Part shown: positions 1 through 13,010 of the stretch, piece after piece | Layout: the number at the start of each line of letters is the position of its first letter | How positions within the stretch are numbered: position 1 is the first letter of the stretch | The notes under the pieces: model-generated | What the model was told of the DNA's origin: nothing | The model's input: only the letters and a program-made list of their open reading frames with translations | The model's database searches: none | Made by a program: the position numbers and the translations under genes | Origin: Octopus sinensis | Lineage: Eukaryota | Direction of reading: 5' to 3' | Assembly (NCBI RefSeq): GCF_006345805.1 | Contig: NC_043006.1 | Span: 73,470,001 to 73,534,000, forward strand | Length of the DNA: 64,000 bases

Positions 1-310
1 ATGTGTATAAGTCGTGAGTCTGTGGTTTACGTGTGTGTATTTGTGTGGGAATGTTTAGGTTAGGGGGTTTACTTTATAGGTTTGTTATAGAGTTTAGCAA
101 AGGGAGATTTTATCGTTATATGTTTTTAGAGTTTTGTTTTATCATGGTTTTTTTTTTTTTTTTAGGGAATTCGTGGTAATTAGTCTATATTTTCGATATG
201 GATTATATATAGGTTATATATGGATTATATACTTATATTTTTTCATTTATACTTTAATTATTTAAAAGTATTATTTTTATTTTAAAATTTTGATTTTTTA
301 GATTGGAAGT

Positions 311-353
311 CCACCTGAAGATTGTCGATCAAGACAAGAAACGATTGTAGTGG
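311..353 (+). ncRNA. Minimal type I hammerhead ribozyme (PLE pLTR), copy 1
   Basis: CCAC-CUGAAGA-UUGUC(GAUCAA)GACAA-GAAA-C(GAUU)G-UA-GUGG. Stem I CCAC/GUGG, 5-bp stem II, vestigial helix III, predicted cleavage after GUA (349). Confidence 0.88.
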
Positions 354-584
354 CGGTTTCTTTGACTATTTATTAAATTTTATGTATTGATTAAGTCTTT
401 CCTTGTTTGTTTTGCAAAATAGTGGTTTTGTCTCAAATAATATTTTATAATATTTTACTATAAAATTGGATTTAATCCTAAATCTGATTTTTTTTCCTGT
501 AAATTTGGATATATCCCTAATATTTATATTTATATAATATTGATAATTTTGTATATTGAGTGTAATACCTCAATTTCGCAAATT

Positions 585-3079
585 ATGGATTTTACAGGTA
601 AGATAGAACCGCTGTTTTGGGATTCATCTTTGAAAGATATTCCTATTCCTTCTAGAAAGGAATTTATCTTGAAACTTGTTAATAATGTTAAAGATTTTAT
701 TTCTAGAATTAAATGGAAAGCTTTTTACTATAATTTTTATTTATTTAATGATATTGATAGTAGGAATGATAATTATACCTCTAAATTTAAATCTAGAAAG
801 GAACCTCCATTAATAAAGAATTACAATTACTTGAAGATAGTATATGGAAGGTGGTAAAAAATATGAATTCCATAAATACCCAAATAGAAATAATGAATAT
901 TTAGGAATTTAGCAATTAAAATTAAAGATATGAGAAATATGGATAGTATTATAGTACAATCTGATAAAACAAGGAACTTATATAAATTAGATGTTAAATT
1001 ATATGATAAACTTTTAGGGAAAGAAATAATTAAAAAATATAAAATTGTTCCAGATGATATTCTTTATAATATTAATAAGGCCTCTAAAGTAGTAATGTTA
1101 AAATATGAGTTGGATAATAAAACTGAACCTTATGTACCTCTGCACCCCAGAATTACTCTTAAAGACCATAAAGATAATTTTTATTCAGACCCTAAAGTTA
1201 GATTAATTTGCCCATGTAAATCGGACCTAGGTAAATTAAGTAAATTTATTTTAGATAAATATATTGATAAGTTAAATAAACTTAATTATTTAAAATTATG
1301 GTTTAGTAATAATAATACATTGAAATGGTTTAATAATATTAAAGATAAAAATCGTTATAAATTATTCAAATAGATATAGATAATTATTATTCTCTATTAA
1401 TGAAATTGTGTTTAATAAAGCGCTTATTTTCGCAATGAATAAAGTGGGCATGTCACGGGAAGAAGTTAATGTAATTAAATTGGCTAGGAAATCGCTAATT
1501 AAATATAAAAATAAATTATGGGCTAGGAATGATACTAGAGATTGTTTTGATATACCTATGGGAGCACCAGATTCTGCACAGGCTACTGATTTAGTAGGTA
1601 TTTTTCTTTTATCTGAACTCCAATTAGAAAATCTTAAGATAGAGGGTGGTTTATATAGAGACGATCTTCTACTAGTTACAAAGAATTGTACTAATAGGAA
1701 TCTAGAAGTATATAAGAAAAAACTATATAGTTTCTTTAAAAGATATGGTTTACGTATTACTATATATAAGGAGAATTATAATGTTAATTATTTAGATGTT
1801 AATTTTAATCTTATTACAGTTAAAACACAACCATATCATAAACTTAATGAGAACCTTAGATATATAAATGTTAATAGTAATCACCCATTTTCTATTAAAA
1901 AATCGTTGATTAATAATATAAGTAAACGTATTTCATTACTCTCTTATGATATAGAGATTTTTAATAAACATGCTAATTATTATAATGAGGCCCTTAGAGG
2001 GGCAGGTTATAATAAGAATATTAAATTTTATAATATTAGCGATAATGATTTAAATGATAATTTTCGAGATACTTCTAATAATAATTATAATTTTGTTACG
2101 TTAGTGGTAAAAAAATAGATATTATAAAAAAAAATAATAAAAATGATAAAAATATAAATAAGAATAATAATATAATAATAAATATAATAATAATAATATA
2201 AATAAGAATAATATAATAAAAATAAATTTAATAATTATTATAATAATTATATTGATAAATTTAATAATATTAATAATTCCTTAAATGCTGTACATAGATA
2301 TAATTCTGATAATAATTTTAATAAAATAAAGAATTATAAATATATTTATAATAATGATAATAATAATAAGGTTAATAAGAATAAAATTTGGTTAATAGTT
2401 CCTTATGGAGATCAAGTTAAAACGAATATTATTAAAGAGATTTTAGATGTTATAGAGATAATCGTAAATATCGAAACATTTTCTCTTTTAATAATTTTGG
2501 AGTTGGTTACTCTACCACTAATAATGTTGGTAACATTATTTCTTCATTTAATAAATATAAACTGAATAATTTTTATAAAAAGAAATTATTTGATAATAAT
2601 ATTAATAATGATAAGACTTATATTAATTGTACATGTAGAGATAAATCTAATTGTATATTAAATAATAATTGTGATATTAACGATGTAGTGTATAAATGTA
2701 TAGTTACATTACATGATAATAACTTTAAGAATAATAATACAATAAAGCGGTTTATATAGGTTCTACTTCCTCAAAAATAAAACTAAGAATTGCACAACAT
2801 ATGAATTCTTTTAAAAATAAAAACTTAATCAACTCAACCGGACTTAGTAAGTATATTTGGAGTCTTAAATCACTAAATATTAATTATAGTTTAATATGGG
2901 AAATAATTTGTAAAACTAAATCATATAATATAGGAGCTAATTGTTGTTATTTATGCTCTAATGAGTTTAAAGAAATTTTATTTTATAAGTATGATAATTT
3001 ACTTAATACTGGGGAGGAGCGAAAAATAAAATGTAGACACAAGTTACTTTACTTATATAATAAGTTTCATGATAAATAG
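585..3079 (+). CDS. Penelope-like (Naiad) RT + GIY-YIG endonuclease, copy 1, split by several frameshifts
   Basis: N-terminal SLKDIPIP...RIKWKAF and SDKTRNLY; RT motifs DIDNYY, FDIPMGAPDSAQ and GLYRDD; thumb YINVNSNHP; linker CTC...CILNNNC; GIY-YIG VVY...VYIGST; C-terminal CYLC..E...LLN...E....CRH. ORF-track pieces at 540, 930, 1408 and 2801. Confidence 0.88.
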
Positions 3080-4183
3080 CAATAATAGTTCCCTTTTAGG
3101 TTATTTTAGTTTAAATTAGTTTAGATGTTATATTTTTGGTTATGTTGTCTAGGATTTAATTATAGTTAGTCTTTATTGATATTTCTTTGTTTATTAGTTC
3201 ATTTTTAATGTATATTAATTTAGCAGTTTATGGTACGTTAAACTTTAATAATTTATATTAGATTTTTTTATTTTTTTTTATTTTATTTTTTTATTTTATT
3301 TATTTTATTTTATTATGTATTTTATTTTGCATTTGTTATATGTATTTTGAGGATATATTTATATGTTTTGGGGGTTTTTTTAGTGGTGTTTTTATTGAGT
3401 TTTGTATGTATGTGTGAATGTTTAAGATCCCTTTGTTTTTTGTTTTTATTTGTAGGTTGAATTGACAGATTTTATTTGGGTATTGTCTTTTATAATAAAG
3501 TACACACCCATAACAATTATAAGTGCCCACTTCATTCGTTGTACTTGGGTTTGCATGTGAGCCTCAGCATATGCACCTAACGGCCACTCCAGCCCCACAT
3601 GGATAAATTAACACATACATCCCCAACCACCATCACAATGAAACCCACACCCATACAATGACAAAAACTCCCCCATACCCTATTTACACCTACATAGTAA
3701 TCCCAATATATTCTTCCATACATGGACGCAAGTGCGTGAAGCACATGAACATAATTAGTACGTACAACCCCTAATACACACTAATATATACGTATCAAGC
3801 TCGACCTCCACAGTGATAAGTTTACACACAATCACACCCAGATGGGTGAATTGCACAACCAGTGAATGCTCACACATACGGGCGCGATTACATGTTGCAT
3901 ATATCGAGCCAAAATTGTATGCATATGTACATGTGAGGGGTACACGTAAATGAAGTGAGCGTGTACCCCCTGTATTTATCCGTGCGTGAATATACACATG
4001 GAGACTACCACACAGGTACTAAGTGTTTTAGAAATGGGAGCCCCATCACTACACTTAATGTATACTCTCACCCATCCGCACGGATGTGTAAGTGTATCTC
4101 CGGTGTATATGTTGAGGCTTATATGTAGAGTTGTTGAAGGGAACGTCGTTGAAATTGTGAATGGGTAGAGTTGGGAATTGTAA

Positions 4184-5770
4184 CCGTGTGGTGGACTAGT
4201 GTTGTTTGGAATTGTGAATGGATTAGGGTGGTAATGAGGTAGGCATTGAGTATGGGTTACTGTAAGTTGTTTGTTAGAGTTGCTAGGGTGAGCTAAAGCT
4301 CATAAATGTATATAATTGATTTTTCATGATAGTTTTTAAAGAATCCATTCATAATAAATATAAATTTTTTTAAGTAGCGTTGGTTTGCTACGTGGAAATA
4401 GTTTTAGTTCCATTTATTATATTTCTCCATTCATACTATGAATGACGTTTACTTTCTATGGCGCGTATTCTTTTTTTACATTAGTTATTTCCATGGTAAC
4501 GTAATTTTGTTTGGTTTTTTAACGGCTAAAAATCTAATTTCACTTCATAATTTGTAACTGAATTGTAAGTATGTATTTGATTTATCCTTATGTCATAATG
4601 TTATTTTGATATTCTGGTTAATTACGATGTATTTATTGTTGTTTTCATAAGAGTGTTTATGTATATGAGATTGGTTGTGAGTTTTTAATTGTATAATTAA
4701 TTTATTTATCTGTATGAGTGTGGGTGTAAATATTGTTGTATATATCGAGTTTTAGTGAGTATGTATATGCGTATATGTGAGGGAGCATATGTATCTGTTG
4801 TGTATGTGTGTTTGTGTGTGTGTGTTGTTGTGTGAATGTGTATTTGGGTTTGTTATTTAGGATTTGGGATGTATGTGTTAATTTGTCTGTGTGGGGAGGG
4901 AGTGGTTTTTGGTGTATATTGAGGTTTATAAGTTAGTATAGGTTTGTGTATAAGTTTTGGTCTGTGGTTTACGTGTGGGTTTTGTGTGTGAATGTTTAGG
5001 TTAGGGGGATTGCTATATAAGTTTGTTATAGGGTTTAGCAAAGGGAGATTTTATCGTTATATGCTTTTATGAGTTTTGGTTTATCATGGTTTTTTAGGTA
5101 ATTCGTGGTATTTTGTCTATTTTGGTGTTGGTTATTTTTTTACATTGTTTCATTCATAATTTTTGAGTGGTGTTCGTTTTGCCACGTGAATAACCGGGTG
5201 GTGGACTAGCGTTGCTTGGAATGTGAATGGAATAGTGTAGTAGTGAGGTAGGTATAGAGAATGGGATTGGGTTACTGCAAGTTGTTTGTTAGAGATGCTA
5301 AGGTGAGTTAAAGCTCATAAATGTATATAATGTTTTTTGTGGGTGTGTAAGTATTGTTGTATATGTCGAGTTTAGTGAGTATGTATAGGCGTATATGTGA
5401 GGGAGTATATGTATCTTTTGTGTGTGAGTGTTTTGCGTGTGAGTGTGTGTTTTGTGTGTGAATGTGTATATGGGTTTGTTATTTAGGTTTTGGGATGTAT
5501 GTGTTAATTTGTCTGTGTGGGGAGGGAGTGGGTTTTGGTGTGTATATTGAGGTTTATAAGTTAGTATAGGTATGTGTATAAGTCGTGAGTCTGTGGTTTA
5601 CGTGTGTGTATTTGTGTGGGAATGTTTAGGTTAGGGGGGTTACTTTATAGGTTTGTTATAGAGTTTAGCAAAGGGAGATTTTATCGTTATATGTTTTTAA
5701 GAGTTTTGTTTTATCATGGTTTTTTTTTTTTTTTTTTTTTTTAGGGAATTCGTGGTAATTAGTCTATATT
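4184..5770 (+). repeat. Diverged internal direct duplication in the PLE non-coding region
   Basis: About 4184-4317 resembles 5193-5331, and about 4718-5120 resembles 5338-5770. The same arrangement recurs in unit 2. Confidence 0.8.
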
Positions 5771-5888
5771 TTCGATATGGATTATATAGGTTATATATGG
5801 ATTATATACTTTATTTTTTCATTTATACTTTAATTATTTAAAAGTATTATTTTTATATTTTAAAATTTTGATTTTTTAGATTGGAAGT

Positions 5889-5931
5889 CCACCTGAAGAT
5901 TGTCGATCAAGACAAGAAACGATTGTAGTGG
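5889..5931 (+). ncRNA. Minimal type I hammerhead ribozyme, copy 2
   Basis: Identical to 311-353. Confidence 0.88.
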
Positions 5932-6166
5932 CGGTTTCTTTGACTATTTATTAAATTTTATGTATTGATTAAGTCTTTCCTTGTTTGTTTTGCAAAATAG
6001 TGGTTTTGTCTCAAATAATATTTTATAATATTTTACTATAAAATTGGATTTAATCCTAAATCTGATTTTTTTTTCCCTGTAAATTTGGATATATTCCCTA
6101 ATATTTATTATTTATATAATATTGATAATTTTGTATATTGAGTGTAATACCTCAATTTCGCAAATT

Positions 6167-8677
6167 ATGGATTTTACAGGTAAGATAGAACCGCTGTTTT
6201 GGGATTCATCTTTGAAAGATATTCCTATTCCTTCTAGAAAGGAATTTATCTTGAAACTTGTTAATAATGTTAAAGATTTTATTTCTAGAATTAAATGGAA
6301 AGCTTTTTACTATAATTTTTATTTTTTAATGATATTGATAGTAGGAATGATAATTATACCTCTAAATTTAAATCTAGAAGGAACCTCCATTTAATAAAGA
6401 ATTACAATTACTTGAAGATAGTATATGGAAGGTGGTAAAAAATATTGAATTCCATAAATACCCAAATAGAAATAATGAATATTTAAGGAATTTAGCAATT
6501 AAAATTAAAGATATGAGAAATATGGATAGTATTATAGTACAATCTGATAAAACAAGGAACTTATATAAATTAGATGTTAAATTATATGATAAACTTTAGG
6601 GGAAAGAAATAATTAAAAAATATAAAATTGTTCCAGATGATATTCTTTATAATATTAATAAGGCCTCTAAAGTAGTAATGTTAAAATATGAGTTGGATAA
6701 TAAAACTGAACCTTATGTACCTCTGCACCCCAGAATTACTCTTAAAGACCATAAAGATAATTTTTATTCAGACCCTAAAGTTAGATTAATTTGCCCATGT
6801 AAATCGGACCTAGGTAAATTAAGTAAATTTATTTTAGATAAATATATTGATAAGTTAAATAAACTTAATTATTTAAAATTATGGTTAGTAATAATAATAC
6901 ATTGAAATGGTTTAATAATATTAAAGATAAAAATCGTTATAAATTTATTCAAATAGATATAGATAATTATTATTCTTCTATTAATGAAATTGTGTTTAAT
7001 AAAGCGCTTATTTTCGCAATGAATAAAGTGGGCATGTCACGGGAAGAAGTTAATGTAATTAAATTGGCTAGGAAATCGCTAATTAAATATAAAAATAAAT
7101 TATGGGCTAGGAATGATACTAGAGATTGTTTTGATATACCTATGGGAGCACCAGATTCTGCACAGGCTACTGATTTAGTAGGTATTTTTCTTTTATCTGA
7201 ACTCCAATTAGAAAATCTTAAGATAGAGGGTGGTTTATATAGAGACGATCTTCTACTAGTTACAAAGAATTGTACTAATAGGAATCTAGAAGTATATAAG
7301 AAAAAACTATATAGTTTCTTTAAAAGATATGGTTTACGTATTACTATATATAAGGAGAATTATAATGTTAATTATTTAGATGTTAATTTTAATCTTATTA
7401 CAGGTAAAACACAACCATATCATAAACTTAATGAGAACCTTAGATATATAAATGTTAATAGTAATCACCCATTTTCTATTAAAAAATCGTTGATTAATAA
7501 TATAAGTAAACGTATTTCATTACTCTCTTATGATATAGAGATTTTTAATAAACATGCTAATTATTATAATGAGGCCCTTAGAGGGGCAGGTTATAATAAG
7601 AATATTAAATTTTATAATATTAGCGATAATGATTTAAATGATAATTTTCGAGATACTTCTAATAATAATTATAATTTTGTTACGTTTAGTGGTAAAAATA
7701 ATAGATATTATAAAAAAAAATAATAAAAATGATAAAAATATAAATAAGAATAATAATAATAATAAATATAATAATAATAATATAAATAAGAATAATATAA
7801 ATAAAAATAAATTTAATAATTATTATAATAATTATATTGATAAATTTAATAATATTAATAATTCCTTAAATGCTGTACATAGATATACTGATAATAATTT
7901 TAATAAAATAAAGAATTATAAATATATTTATAATAACGATAATAATAATAAGGTTAATAAGAATAAAATTTGGTTAATAGTTCCTTATGGAGATCAAGTT
8001 AAAACGAATATTATTAAAGAGATTTTAGATGTTATAGAACTATTTATTAGAGATAATCGTAAATATCGAAACATTTTCTCTTTTAATAATTTTGGAGTTG
8101 GTTACTCTACCACTAATAATGTTGGTAACATTATTTCTTCATTTAATAAATATAAACTGAATAATTTTTATAAAAAGAAATTATTTGATAATAATATAAT
8201 AATGATAAGACTTATATTAATTGTACATGTAGAGATAAATCTAATTGTATATTAAATAATAATTGTGATATTAACGAGATGTAGTGTATAAATGTATAGT
8301 TACATTACATGATAATAACTTTAAGAATAATAATACAATAAAGCGGTTTATATAGGTTCTACTTCCTCAAAAATAAACTAAGAATTGCACAACATATGAA
8401 TTCTTTTAAAAATAAAAACTTAATCAACTCAACCGGACTTAGTAAGTATATTTGGAGTCTTAAATCACTAAATATAATTATATAGTTTAATATGGGAAAT
8501 AATTTGTAAAACTAAATCATATAATATAGGAGCTAATTGTTGTTATTTATGCTCTAATGAGTTTTAAAGAAATTTTATTTATAAGTATGATAATTTACTT
8601 AATACTGGGGAGGAGCGAAAAATAAAATGTAGACACAAGTTACTTACTTATATAATAAGTTTCATGATAATAAATAG
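6167..8677 (+). CDS. Penelope-like (Naiad) RT + GIY-YIG endonuclease, copy 2, split by frameshifts at mostly different sites
   Basis: Near-identical to copy 1. ORF pieces at 6122, 6678, 6881 (FIQIDIDNYYSSI, GLYRDD) and 7638 (IWLIVPYGDQVKTNI, GYSTTNN). Confidence 0.88.
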
Positions 8678-11493
8678 CAATAATAGTTCCCTTTTAGGTT
8701 ATTTTAGTTTAAATTAGTTTAGATGTTATATTTTGGTTATGTTGTCTAGGATTTAATTATAGTTAGTCTTTATTGATATTTCTTTGTTTAATTAGTTCAT
8801 TTTTAATGTATATTAATTTAGCAGTTTATGGTACGTTAAAACTTTAATAATTTATATTAGATTTTTTATTTTTTTTATTTTATTTTTATTTTTATTTATT
8901 TTATTTTATTATGTATTTTTATTTGCATTTGTTATATGTATTTTGAGGATAGGATATATTTATATGTTTTGGGTGTTTTTAGTGGTGTTTTTATTGAGTT
9001 TTGTATGTATGTGTGAATGTTTAAGATCCCTTTGTTTTTTGTTTTTTATTTGTAGGTTGAATTGACAGATTTTATTTGGGTATTGTCTTTTATAATAAAG
9101 TACACACCCATAACAATTATAAGTGCCCACTTCATTCGTTGTACTTGGGTTTGCATGTGAGCCTCAGTATATGCACCTAACGGCCACTCCAGCCCCACAT
9201 GGATAAATTAACACATACATCCCCAACCACCATCACAAATGAAACCCACACCCATACAATGACAAAACTCCCCCATACCCTATTTACACCTACATAGTAA
9301 TCCCAATATATTCTTCCATACATGGACGCAAGTGCGTGAAGCACATGAACATAATTAGTACGTACAACCCCTAATACACACTAATATATACGTATCAAGC
9401 TCGACCTCCACAGTGATAAGTTTACACACATCACACCCAGATGGGTGAATTGCACAACCAGTGAATGCTCACACATACGGGCGCGATTACATTGTTGCAT
9501 ATATCGAGCCAAAATTGTATGCATATGTACATGTGAGGGGTACACGTAAATGAAGTGAGCGTGTACCCCTGTATTTATACCCGTGCGTGAATAACACATG
9601 GAGACTACACACAGGTACTAATGTTTTAGAAATGGGAGCCCCATCACTACACTTAATGTATACTCTCACCCATCCGCACGGATGTGTAAGTGTATCCGGT
9701 GTATATGTTGAGGCTTATATGTAGAGTTGTTGAAGGGAACGTCGTTGAAAATGTGAATGGGTAGAGTTGGGAATTGTAACCGTGTGGTGGACTAGTGTTG
9801 TTTGGAATTGTGAATGGATTAGGGTGGTAATGAGGTAGGCATTGAGTATGGGTTACTGTAAGTTGTTTGTTAGAGTTGCTAGGGTGAGCTAAAGCTCATA
9901 AATGTATATAATTGATTTTTCATGATAGTTTTTAAAGAATCCATTCATAATAAATATAAATTTTTTTAAGTAGCGTTGGTTTGCTACGTGGAAATAGTTT
10001 TTAGTTCCATTTATTATATTTCTCCATTCATACTATGAATGACGTTTACTTTCTATGGCGCGTATTCTTTTTTTACATTAGTTATTTCCATGGTAACGTA
10101 ATTTTGTTTGGTTTTTTAACGGCTAAAAATCTAATTTCACTTCATAATTTGTAACTGAATTGTAAGTATGTATTTGATTTATCCTTATGTCATAATGTTA
10201 TTTTTGATATTCTGGTTAATTACGATGTATTTATTTGTGTTTCATAAGAGTGTTTATGTATATGAGATTGTTGTGAGTTTTTAATTGTATAATTAATTTA
10301 TTTATCTGTATGAGTGTGGGTGTAAATATTGTTGTATATATCGAGTTTTAGTGAGTATGTATATGCGTATATGTGAGGGAGCATATGTATCTGTTGTGTA
10401 TGTGTGTTTTGTGTGTGTGTGTGTTTGTGTGTGAATGTGTATTTGGGTTTGTTATTTAGGATTTGGGATGTATGTGTTAATTTGTCTGTGTGGGGAGGGA
10501 GTGGTTTTTGGTGTATATTGAGGTTTATAAGTTAGTATAGGTTTGTGTATAAGTTTTGGGTCTGTGGTTTACGTGTGGGTTTTTTGTGTGTGAATGTTTA
10601 GGTTAGGGGGATTGCTATATAAGTTTGTTATAGGGTTTAGCAAAGGGAGATTTTATCGTTATATGCTTTTATGAGTATTGGTTTATCATGGTTTTTTTAG
10701 GTAATTCGTGGTATTTTGTCTATTTTAGGTGTTGCTTATTTTTTTACATTGTTTCATTCATAATTTTTGAGTGGTGTTCGTTTTGCCACGTGAATAACCG
10801 GGTGGTGGACTAGCGTTGCTTGGAATGTGAATGGAATAGTGTAGTAGTGAGGTAGGTATAGAGAATGGGATTGGGTTACTGCAAGTTGTTTGTTAGAGAT
10901 GCTAAGGTGAGTTAAAGCTCATAAATGTATATAATGTTTTTTGTGGGTGTGTAAGTATTGTTGTATATGTCGAGTTTTAGTGAGTATGTATAGGCGTATA
11001 TGTGAGGGAGTATATGTATCTTTTGTGTGTGAGTGTTTTGCGTGTGAGTGTGTGTTTGTGTGTGAATGTGTATATGGGGTTGTTATTTAGGTTTTGGGAT
11101 GTATGTGTTAATTTGTCTGTGTGGGGAGGAGGAGTGGGTTTTTGGTGTATATTGAGGTTTATAAGTTAGTATTAGTATAGGTATGTGTATAAGTCGTGAG
11201 TCTGTGGTTACGTGTGTGTATTTGTGTGGGATGTTTTAGGTTAGGGGGTTTACTTTATAGGTTTGTTATAGAGTTAGCAAAGGGAGATTTTATCGTTATA
11301 TGTTTTTAAGAGTTTTGTTTTATCATGTTTTTTTTTTTTTTTTTTTAGGGAATTCGTGGTAATTAGTCTATATTTTCGATATGGATTATATATAGGTTAT
11401 ATATGGATTATATACTTATATTTTTTATTTATACTTTAATTATTTAAAAGTATTATTTTTATATTTTAAAATTTTGATTTTTAGATTGGAAGT

Positions 11494-11536
11494 CCACCTG
11501 AAGATTGTCGATCAAGACAAGAAACGATTGTAGTGG
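11494..11536 (+). ncRNA. Minimal type I hammerhead ribozyme, copy 3 (terminal pLTR)
   Basis: Identical to 311-353; lies about 185 nt before the array end. Confidence 0.88.
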
Positions 11537-11894
11537 CGGTTTCTTTGACTATTTATTAAATTTATGTATTGATTAAGTCTTTCCTTGTTTGTTTTGCAAA
11601 ATAGTGGTTTTGTCTCAAATAATATTTTATAATATTTTACTATAAAATTGGATTTAATCCTAAATCTGATTTTTTTTCCCTGTAAATTTGGATATATTCC
11701 CTAATATTTATTATTATATATATATATATATATCTATATATATATATAATAAATATATATATATATAATATATATATATTATATATATATATATGTATGT
11801 ATATATGGTATGTAGATCTAGTCATGAATCTTGTCGATACATTCATATTGGGACACGCGTGGGTTACTTTATACTTTCGATACTTCTGTAAAAT

Positions 11895-12105
11895 GAGTTG
11901 GCAAAATTTCTTAGTCCGCCAAACAAAATGCTTAGCGGTATTTCATCCGTCTTCACGTTCTGTGTTCAAATCCCGCCGAGATTGAATTTATCTTTCTTCC
12001 TTTCGGGAATGATAAAATAGGTGCTTGCTGAACAATGGGGTTGATTTAATCGACTTGGCTTCCCATCCAAAACAGCTGACCTTCTGACAAAATTTGAAAC
12101 CAAAG
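11895..12105 (+). mobile_element. Degenerate tRNA-derived SINE, family B
   Basis: gagttggcaaaa...aatgcttagcggtatttc...gttcaaatcccgccgag, matching the other B copies. Confidence 0.65.
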
Positions 12106-12579
12106 TTTCTGCGAATCATTGTATCGAGCACCTTGAGTAACTCTTCGCATTCATCTCTTGAATGTGAAGTACAGACACAAATACAAACACACACATTCAC
12201 ACGCGCACGCATGCCCACACACACACGCACGCACGCATACACACACACAAACACATACATATTACGTTGATACTGCCCGGATATGTAGCCTAGTGTTTCT
12301 AGTCAGATCTTAAAAGCATAGCTAACAGAAGTCTGACCGTTGTCAAGGGAAATAACAACATTTCTTAAACAGACATCATTGACAGAAAGGTCTGAAATGT
12401 TACAATAGAAACTGAAGTATTTATAATTCCGAAACAATCTCTCTCGCTGTCAACCACTTCTATATATTCATCCATCCATATACACGACTAGATTATAAAT
12501 CTACATTTTTAACAATAATAATTGGTACACTTGATTTTGTTAGTGGTAATCTGGGAAAGGTAGGCTTATCAGAAATATA

Positions 12580-13010
12580 TTTCTTTATTAACCACACAGG
12601 GCTGAACACAGAGGGAACAAATTACAAAGTAGAGTTTTTCTTTTTAGGGAGAAAAAAAAGAAAAGAAAAAAGAAAAAAAAGGGGGTAGGTTTTCGATCAA
12701 AAGGGATCGTAAAAAAAGCAGAACGATCAATAGGGATAGTCTATCACAGAAATGTCATGATGTAAAGTGTAAAGGGGGAAACAGATAAGGTTTATCCGTG
12801 GGAAGAAAAGCCTACGGAAAAGACCACGGTAACCTCGGTTAGTAATGTCACATGTTAACACATTTATTTGCAAGTAAGTAACTCTGTTTAAAGTTTTTCC
12901 GGGTTCATAGGATTATGCTCAAGGTGGCTTCGTCATTCATACATGCCATCTTTGCTACATTCACCCATCTTTTTTTTTTAAACATTCGCTAGACAAAACT
13001 TGCCTCTTTA
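12580..13010 (-). mobile_element. 5'-truncated 3' end of a Tx1-like LINE
   Basis: The minus strand encodes an ORF2-like C-terminus (RWVNVAKMACMNDEATLSIIL*), followed by the 3' UTR also seen at 23105-23735 and the tail cagccctgtgtggttaataaagaaa. The clade assignment is inferred. Confidence 0.6.

Larger units (their letters stand above)
1..11720 (+). mobile_element. Tandem head-to-tail array of a Penelope-like element (Naiad-type): two full units plus a terminal partial unit (pLTR-like end); probably continues left of the window
   Basis: The sequence at position 1 recurs at 5572 and 11183. The HHR recurs at 311, 5889 and 11494 (periods 5578 and 5605). The array ends in a (TA)n tract at about 11720. 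Confidence 0.92.

Noticed and set aside
2620-3079. Selenocysteine codons in the Naiad endonuclease region
   Set aside because: The conserved Cys positions use TGT/TGC and no in-frame TGA was found in the reconstructed frame.
3336-5041. Second ORF in the PLE non-coding region
   Set aside because: The short ORFs reflect strand compositional skew, differ between the two units and show no motifs.
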